42,007 nt of DNA from Candidatus Terrybacteria bacterium (GTDB taxonomy: Bacteria > Patescibacteriota > Minisyncoccia > UBA9983): NCBI GenBank assembly GCA_016208535.1, contig JACQXW010000010.1, forward strand, positions 1-42,007, written 5' to 3'. Under the pieces are notes generated by a model, which ran no database searches, was not told the DNA's origin, and saw only the letters and a program-made list of their open reading frames with translations. Both the position numbers and the translations under genes were made by a program. Below, in pieces: positions 36,592 to 42,007 of this stretch; position 1 is the first letter of the stretch; each line of letters opens with the position of its first letter.

Positions 36592-38074
36592 TAAAATATA
36601 AACTAAATATTACTCGAACCTTGAAAAATGAATATTGATTCATTACGTGCATATTATTTTTTCTTTTGTTCCGTTCGATCCCGCTTTTAGCGGGATTTAT
36701 TTGAGAGTTTGATCCTGGCTCAGGACGAACGCTGGCGGCGTGGAGAAGGCATGCAAGTCATACGGATCAATTTTTGTAGCAATATAAAAATTGGTCAGTG
36801 GCGAACGAGTCAGTAACACGTAGAAACGTACCCAAAAGTCGGGCATAATTCCGCGAAAGCGGGACTAATTCCCGATGGTTCTCGCAAGAGTAAAGGAGTA
36901 ATCCGCTTTTGGATCGGTCTGCGGGCTATCAGCTAGTTGGCGGGGTAAGAGCCCACCAAGGCGATGACGGCTAGGAGGCGTGAGAGCGTGACCTCCGACG
37001 ATGGCACTGCGACACGGGCCATACACCTACGGGTGGCAGCAGTCGAGAGTCTTCCACAATGGGCGAAAGCCTGATGGAGCGACGCCGCGTGAATGATGAA
37101 GGACTTCGGTCTGTAAAGTTCTTTTATCTATGAAAAATCTTACCCGCCTTTGGCGGGTGAAATGATATTAGTAGATGAATAAGGGGTTGCTAAACTCGTG
37201 CCAGCAGCAGCGGTAAGACGAGTACCCCAAGCGTTGTCCGGAATTACTGGGCGTAAAGGGTGTGTAGGGGGTTGAGTTAGTCTTGTTTTAAATATTCCGG
37301 CTTAACCGGAAAAATGAACAGGAAACGGCTTAACTTGGAGGATGTGAGAGGTATGCGGAACTCATGGTGTAGGGGTGAAATCCGTTGATATCATGGGGAA
37401 CACCAAAGGCGAAGGCAGCATACTGGCGCATTCCTGACCCTGAAACACGAAAGCGTGGGCATAAAAAAGGATTAGATACCCTTGTATTCCACGCCCTAAA
37501 CGATGTTCTCTAGCTTTCCGAAGTATCGACCCTTTGGGAGGCGAAGCTAACGCGTTAAGAGAACCGCCTGGGAAGTACGAGCGCAAGCTTAAAACTCAAA
37601 GGAATAGACGGGGACTTGCACAAGCGGTGGATCATGTGGTTTAATTCGACGATAAACGAAGAACCTTACCAGGGCTTGAAACCTAATCGAATATCAGAGG
37701 AAACTTTGATAGTTCTCACAAGGAACGGTTGGGCAGGTGATGCATGGCTGTTGTCAGTTCGTGGTTTGAATTGTTCCCTTAAGTGGGGCAACGAACGCAA
37801 CCCTTGTTGCCTGTTACAAGTGTCAGGCAAGACTGCCCCGTTATACGGGGAGGAAGGAGAGGACGACACCAAGTCAGCATGTCCCTTTGACGTCCTGGGC
37901 TACACACATGATACAATGGGGCCGACAATGGGTCGCAAAGCCGAAAGGCGGAGCAAACCCCACCAAACGGTCTCTCAGTTCGGATTGAGGTCTGCAACTC
38001 GACCTCATGAAGTTGGAATCGCTAGTAATCGCGGGTCAGCTATACCGCGGTGAATACGTTCTCAAGTCTTGTAC

Positions 38075-38916
38075 TCGGGTCGCTGTGCGATCCTATAAAT
38101 TAGTCCGTTAAAATCGGGCCAGAAAGAGCGCAATTTTCTGAAGCAAAATTGCAGGTCTATCCCCGCGAGGGGACGACCGAAGGGCGAAATTAGCGTTTCG
38201 TAGCTTGAATAACAGTTGTGGCGTGGTATATTGGTTATCCTTCGAGTACCAGGAGAAGCCATTGCGTTAAAAAAAGTATACTACGTGTAGTGTTATCGAG
38301 ATGCGAAAGAAATGTTTATAGGGTTACCACAGGAGATCTTGCATAATTCCTCGATGTTTGCTAACATCGAGAGTATAAGGGCGAGTAATTGTCCTTAAAA
38401 TGTTATGCAAGAAGTCAGCAGAGTTCATAGTACCAAAAAGGCAGATAGACGATTAAATTCTAAATTAAAACTACCTTTTGGGAAGGAACGAATCCAAAGA
38501 AAAAAGTTAAATCCACATTATGTTAGCGGTTTTATTGACGGAGAAGGATCTTTTTCGGTCAGTATCGGGCGTCATAAAACTTTGCGTCGGGGGTTTGAAG
38601 TCAGATGATCGATACGGATGGTATCCTCACGCAAAATACAAAATCACTAGCATATGGGATATGAACAAATACCTTTTTCCTTTTCTTGACAGATATCCTC
38701 TGCAAGCCAAAAAAGCAAAAGTATATAAGCTTTTTAGAGAAATTGTTATAATGGTTTGTAATAAAGAACATTTGAGCGATGGAGGATTCAAGAAAATTGT
38801 AAAACTCCGCGATAAAATTCGGAGTATGGGGAAAAAGGCAAAAACTTTTGGAAACCGCTAGGGTGCGGGAAAACCGCTTGCCCAGTGGTGTGAGATTCGT
38901 CTGAGGCGAAATCTCA
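38075..38916 (+). mobile_element. intron-like insertion in 16S rRNA carrying a degenerate LAGLIDADG homing-endonuclease gene
   Basis: The exon joint restores TCTTGTAC|ATACCGCCCGTCAC (E. coli CTTGTACACACCGCCCGTCAC, about position 1395). Boundaries are good to +/-2 nt. The intron class is not determinable by eye. Confidence 0.7.
38405..38861 (+). pseudogene. LAGLIDADG homing endonuclease, frameshifted/internally deleted
   Basis: ORF 38405-38608 contains YVSGFIDGEGSFSVSIG and ends ...GFEVR*. A second frame (to 38861) continues ...DDRYGWYPHAKYKITS...FLDRYPLQAKKAKVYKLFREIV... Confidence 0.65.
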
Positions 38917-39264
38917 ATACCGCCCGTCACGTCAAGGAAGCCGAGAATACCCGATGCCGCGTCTTGACGCGGTTACGGTAAGTTCGGTAACAGGGACGAA
39001 GTCGTAACAAGGCACGGCTAGGGGAACCTGGTCGTGGATTAATTAATCTAATTCTCTTCTGCCATCCGCCAATTGGCGGAGCAAGAAGGGGACTAGGTCG
39101 ATTCAGTTTAGGCTGAGTATAAAGGCATTGGTCTTGGAGCCTTGCCCGCCTCTGGTGGGTTAAAGTTGAGACCATAAGAGAACGGAACAAAATAAAGAAT
39201 AGTATGCAAAATAGCCGCTGGATTTTCTGCGGCTTTTTTGTTATATTTATAAAATAAAATTTGC

Positions 39265-39336
39265 GCGCGTGTGGCTCAGTGGTAGAGCACGTTCCTGATA
39301 AGAACGGGGTCGAAGGTTCGATTCCTTCCACGCGCA
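39265..39336 (+). tRNA. tRNA-Ile (anticodon GAT)
   Basis: Acceptor GCGCGTG/CACGCGC, D-arm GCTC-AGTGGTA-GAGC, anticodon stem CGTTC/GAACG with loop CTGATAA, T-arm GAAGG-TTCGATT-CCTTC. Confidence 0.85.
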
Positions 39337-39397
39337 TTTGATTTTTTAAAAGTTTTTGTTAATCTGAATCTAGAAAGCAATTAAAAAAGGAGGAAAT

Positions 39398-39544
39398 ATG
39401 AAAATACTATATCTTTATCTTATTTTGTTGATATTTTTGTTAATTTCTGGATTATTTTTTGTCATAGGAATAAGAAAAATTCAAGCGGGTATTCATCGCT
39501 TGGAGGAAGGAGTAAAGATTTTAAAAAGGTACTTTGAAAGATAA
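39398..39544 (+). CDS. 48-aa small membrane protein
   Basis: AAGGAGG (39387-39393) lies 4 nt upstream. Hydrophobic N-terminus MKILYLYLILLIFLLISGLFFVIGI. A terminator follows directly. Confidence 0.45.
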   Translation: MKILYLYLILLIFLLISGLFFVIGIRKIQAGIHRLEEGVKILKRYFER

Positions 39545-39565
39545 GGGGCAAAATTTGCCCCTTTT
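39545..39565 (+). terminator. intrinsic terminator
   Basis: GGGGCAAA-a-TTTGCCCC followed by TTTT. Confidence 0.7.
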
Positions 39566-39605
39566 ATTTTTGTAATTTTTAAAGTAAGATTAAAAAGAAA
39601 ATTTT

Positions 39606-40487
39606 ATGTTGGAGGTTAAAGAAAACGAACCACTAAAAAATCATTCCACCTTTAGAATCGGCGGGTTGGCGAGGTATTTTGCGGTTGCGAAAACAAAAGA
39701 GGAAATTTTGGAGGTGATAAATTTTGCAAAAGAAAAAAACTTGCCCTATTTTGTCTTTGGCAGGGGAAGCAATATATTATTTCGCGATGAAAGTTTTGAT
39801 GGTTTGGCGATAAAAATTGAAAATTGGAAATTGAAAATTGAAAATTCTAATGTCATTGTCGGCTCTGGTGTTTTGTTTTCCGAACTGATTTTAAAATCAG
39901 TTGAAGCTGGACTGACTGGCCTTGAATGGGGCGCGGGGATACCGGGCACTGTCGGCGGTTGCGTGGCTGGCAATTGCGGGGCCTATGGCCATAATATTTC
40001 AGAGTCAGTGGAAAAAGTAATTACTTTAGACAAAGAATATTCAAAAGAAGAATGCGGATTTCTTTATCGTGATAGTAAATTTAAAAATCAGCCAACTGGC
40101 GAAAAAGAGATAATTTTAGAAATAGAACTAAAATTAGAAAAAGGCGATAAAGAAAAAAGCAAGGAGGAGATAAAAAAAATTCTCATTGACCGCAAAGAAA
40201 AAAATCCTCCCTATCCATCCATCGGTTGCATCTTTAAAAATTTCAAATCTCAAAACGCAAATCTCAAAACTATTACGGCGCGGTCGCTTATTGAAGAATG
40301 CGGATTAAAAGGCAGGCGAATCGGCTCCGCCAACGGCGGAGCGCAAGTTTCCGAACAGCATCCCAATTTTATTGTCAATCTCGGTAACGCCCGGGCAGAG
40401 GAGGTGCTTGAACTTATCAATCTCTGCAAACAAAAAGTCAAAGAAAAATTTAATCTGGACTTAGAGGAGGAGATTGTGATAATATAA
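39606..40487 (+). CDS. murB: UDP-N-acetylenolpyruvoylglucosamine reductase
   Basis: 293 aa. ...LKNHSTFRIGG...FGRGSNILF...GLEWGAGIPGTVGG...GCIFKN... Confidence 0.9.
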   Translation: MLEVKENEPLKNHSTFRIGGLARYFAVAKTKEEILEVINFAKEKNLPYFVFGRGSNILFRDESFDGLAIKIENWKLKIENSNVIVGSGVLFSELILKSVEAGLTGLEWGAGIPGTVGGCVAGNCGAYGHNISESVEKVITLDKEYSKEECGFLYRDSKFKNQPTGEKEIILEIELKLEKGDKEKSKEEIKKILIDRKEKNPPYPSIGCIFKNFKSQNANLKTITARSLIEECGLKGRRIGSANGGAQVSEQHPNFIVNLGNARAEEVLELINLCKQKVKEKFNLDLEEEIVII

Positions 40488-40491
40488 AATT

Positions 40492-40701
40492 ATGGATAAA
40501 GATAAAAAAGAATTGATAATAGGCGGTCTGGGTATCTTTTTGGTCATCTTCGCTTTTTTGGGATTTCCTTCTTCAATTCAAAGAATTTTTATGGTTCTGA
40601 GCGGCGTTGTAATTTCCTTTATTTCTTTCTGGAAAATGATTAGCAGGAGCGTTGCGAAAATTACCGGAGAGGAGCCAAAGGAAAATGAAAAAGTTTTTTA
40701 G
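40492..40701 (+). CDS. small membrane protein, hypothetical
   Basis: 69 aa with two hydrophobic segments. Confidence 0.45.
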   Translation: MDKDKKELIIGGLGIFLVIFAFLGFPSSIQRIFMVLSGVVISFISFWKMISRSVAKITGEEPKENEKVF

Positions 40702-41836
40702 GAAAAAATACTTAGGCCTTGTTTTGATTTTTGGAACAGCAGGCGTTGTTTTTTTATCAGGAACAAATTTTATTTTTAAAAAAATCAGCTCGTTTAGTTA
40801 CACTGCCTCGGTAATGGAAAGCGTAGGGCAAGAAGAGCCAGAGCGTCCTGTTCATATATCCACTCCTGACCCGGTGCGCGGAATTTATATGACTAGCTGG
40901 GTGGCTTCAACCAGGGATTGGCGGGAGCAACTGGTAAAATTGGTTGATTCCACAGAACTTAACTCCATTGTTATCGACATAAAAGATTACACAGGCAGAA
41001 TTGCTTTTGAGGTTGCTGATCCGGAATTGCAAAAAATCGGTTCAGTCGAAACTCGCATTGATGATATCAGGGATTTTATAAATCATCTTCATAACAAAAA
41101 TATTTATACCATTGCCAGAATTTCTGTTTTTCAAGACCCTTATTTTGTAAAAATCAGGCCTGATCTTGCGGTAAAAACAAAAAGCGGTTCTGTTTGGAAG
41201 GACAGGAAAGGTTTAACTTGGATCGACCCCTGCGCCAAAGAATACTGGGATTACATTATTAAAATCGCCCGGGAAACAGAAGCAGTCGGCTTTGATGAAT
41301 TGAATTTTGATTACATTCGTTTTGCCTCTGACGGCGATATGAACAACATTGTTTATCCGTTTTGCGAGACAAATGTTTCCAAGGCTGATAATCTGGAGAA
41401 TTTTTTCAAATATCTTTCAGAAAACCTAAGAGACGCAGGAGTGCCTCTTTCTGCCGATTTGTTTGGAATGGTTACCATCAATACCGATGATCTGAATATC
41501 GGCCAAATTTTGGAAAGGGCCGCGCCATATTTTGATTTTATCTGTCCCATGGTTTATCCCTCGCATTACCCGGCGACATTCAACGGCTATAAAAATCCGG
41601 CGTTCTATCCTTATGAAATTATTTTTCATGCCATGGCAAGTTCTTCGGCTCGCTTGATTAGCGCCAGCTCCACCCCGGACAAACTCCGGCCTTGGCTCCA
41701 AGATTTTGATTTGGGCGCGGATTATACGGCAGAAATGGTGCGCAAGGAAAAACAGGCGGTTTATGACGCAGGATTAAAATCATGGTTATTATGGGATCCG
41801 GCAAATAAATATACAAGAGATGCACTTGACAAATAA
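40685..41836 (+). CDS. putative glycoside-hydrolase-like TIM-barrel protein (DUF4015-like), membrane-anchored
   Basis: MKKFFRKKYLGLVLIFG..., then VRGIYMTSWVAS...NSIVIDIKDYTGRIAF...FDELNFDYIRF... The ORF-track start at 40652 is less likely. Confidence 0.55.
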   Translation: MKKFFRKKYLGLVLIFGTAGVVFLSGTNFIFKKISSFSYTASVMESVGQEEPERPVHISTPDPVRGIYMTSWVASTRDWREQLVKLVDSTELNSIVIDIKDYTGRIAFEVADPELQKIGSVETRIDDIRDFINHLHNKNIYTIARISVFQDPYFVKIRPDLAVKTKSGSVWKDRKGLTWIDPCAKEYWDYIIKIARETEAVGFDELNFDYIRFASDGDMNNIVYPFCETNVSKADNLENFFKYLSENLRDAGVPLSADLFGMVTINTDDLNIGQILERAAPYFDFICPMVYPSHYPATFNGYKNPAFYPYEIIFHAMASSSARLISASSTPDKLRPWLQDFDLGADYTAEMVRKEKQAVYDAGLKSWLLWDPANKYTRDALDK

Positions 41837-41885
41837 ATTGTTTTGTGTATAATATAATTGTTCTTTAAAAACCCGCATTAACCCC

Positions 41886-42007
41886 TCAAGTGCAACACTG
41901 AACCTTGTTAACTTTTAAATAACGACCTTCAAATAATTCTCTGGGAGTGTAAAATTTCAAGCATTTCATGGGAATGTTATTAATACGGTCTATGATAGCA
42001 GAAATGT
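41886..42007 (-). mobile_element. 3' end of an IS30-like transposase gene (partial, runs off the window)
   Basis: The reverse strand reads ...ISAIIDRINNIPMKCLKFYTPRELFEGRYLKVNKVQCCT*. The ...N.(R)P.K.L.F.TP.E.F pattern is typical of IS30-family C-termini. Confidence 0.45.

Larger units (their letters stand above)
36698..39045 (+). rRNA. rrs: 16S rRNA, interrupted by an 842-nt insertion (38075-38916)
   Basis: TTTGAGAGTTTGATCCTGGCTCAGGACGAACGCTGGCGGCG, GTGCCAGCAGCAGCGGTAAGAC, GGATTAGATACCC, GCGGTGAATACGTTCTC, ...ACCGCCCGTCAC..., AAGTCGTAACAAGG, GGGGAACCTGGTCGTGGAT. The 3' end is uncertain because no CACCTCCTT follows. Confidence 0.9.

Noticed and set aside
37362-39337. ORF-track entries inside 16S rRNA and across tRNA-Ile (37362-37586, 37616-38053, 37666-37872, 37779-37997, 38062-38262, 38601-38930, 38927-39337)
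   Set aside because: They overlap the rRNA, the intron or the tRNA. Only the LAGLIDADG-bearing frames in the insertion have protein-like motifs.
39817-39850. Tandem heptamers (gaaaatt/ggaaatt) in murB, and the short tandem repeats ctaatttctaatttctaa (10639-10656) and aatggattaatggattaa (15843-15860), as CRISPR or other repeat arrays
   Set aside because: There are only 2-4 short AT-rich units with no spacers. The murB one is coding (KIENWKLKIEN). No CRISPR array is present in the window.

Overview
This is an AT-rich bacterial window. By inference it looks like a reduced Candidate Phyla Radiation/Patescibacteria (Parcubacteria-like) genome: a compact housekeeping set, unlinked rRNA genes carrying intron-like insertions, many small toxin-antitoxin pairs and many SD-less or leaderless starts. 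All coordinates and folds were derived by eye from the sequence and ORF track, with no searches run. Short-motif positions are good to about 1-3 nt and rRNA ends to about 10 nt. Housekeeping genes lie mostly on the + strand: groES-groEL, lemA-htpX, a GGDEF protein, nrdD-nrdG, rplJ-rplL, 23S-5S rRNA, a SEDS (RodA/FtsW) protein, glyA, a split folD, a PAP2 phosphatase, secD-secF, 16S rRNA plus tRNA-Ile, and murB. secG and an ABC-type substrate-binding protein are on the - strand. There are four tRNAs: Leu-CAG, Ser-GGA, Val-CAC and Ile-GAT. Accessory content includes four toxin-antitoxin-like modules (RelE, a degraded AbiEii-like gene, MazEF, HicAB), an HNH nuclease, a membrane-anchored TraD/VirD4-like ATPase, an outer-membrane-like beta-barrel ORF, a large repetitive cell-surface protein and an IS30-like transposase fragment at the right edge. 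The most notable locus is a diversity-generating-retroelement (DGR)-type cassette at about 19.66-22.03 kb. It has a DGR-signature reverse transcriptase, a divergent Avd-like four-helix-bundle gene that is out of frame at a G11 tract, and an Asn(AAC)-codon-rich VR/TR-like segment inside a disrupted upstream gene. I could not find a cognate second repeat in the window. Other points worth a second look: (1) the 16S 3' tail lacks the CCUCC anti-Shine-Dalgarno while most core genes have -10 boxes 6-11 nt from the ATG; (2) a 52-nt promoter module (TTATCCACA plus a 25-nt palindrome plus TTGACT) is duplicated in front of hicBA and the 23S leader, and the same palindrome recurs inside 23S rRNA; (3) six perfect same-strand DnaA-box 9-mers all sit at promoters; (4) the 23S carries an ORF-less group I-like intron and the 16S an 842-nt insertion with a broken LAGLIDADG gene next to the decoding-centre sequence; (5) several genes are disrupted at homopolymers or by TGG-to-TGA-like changes.
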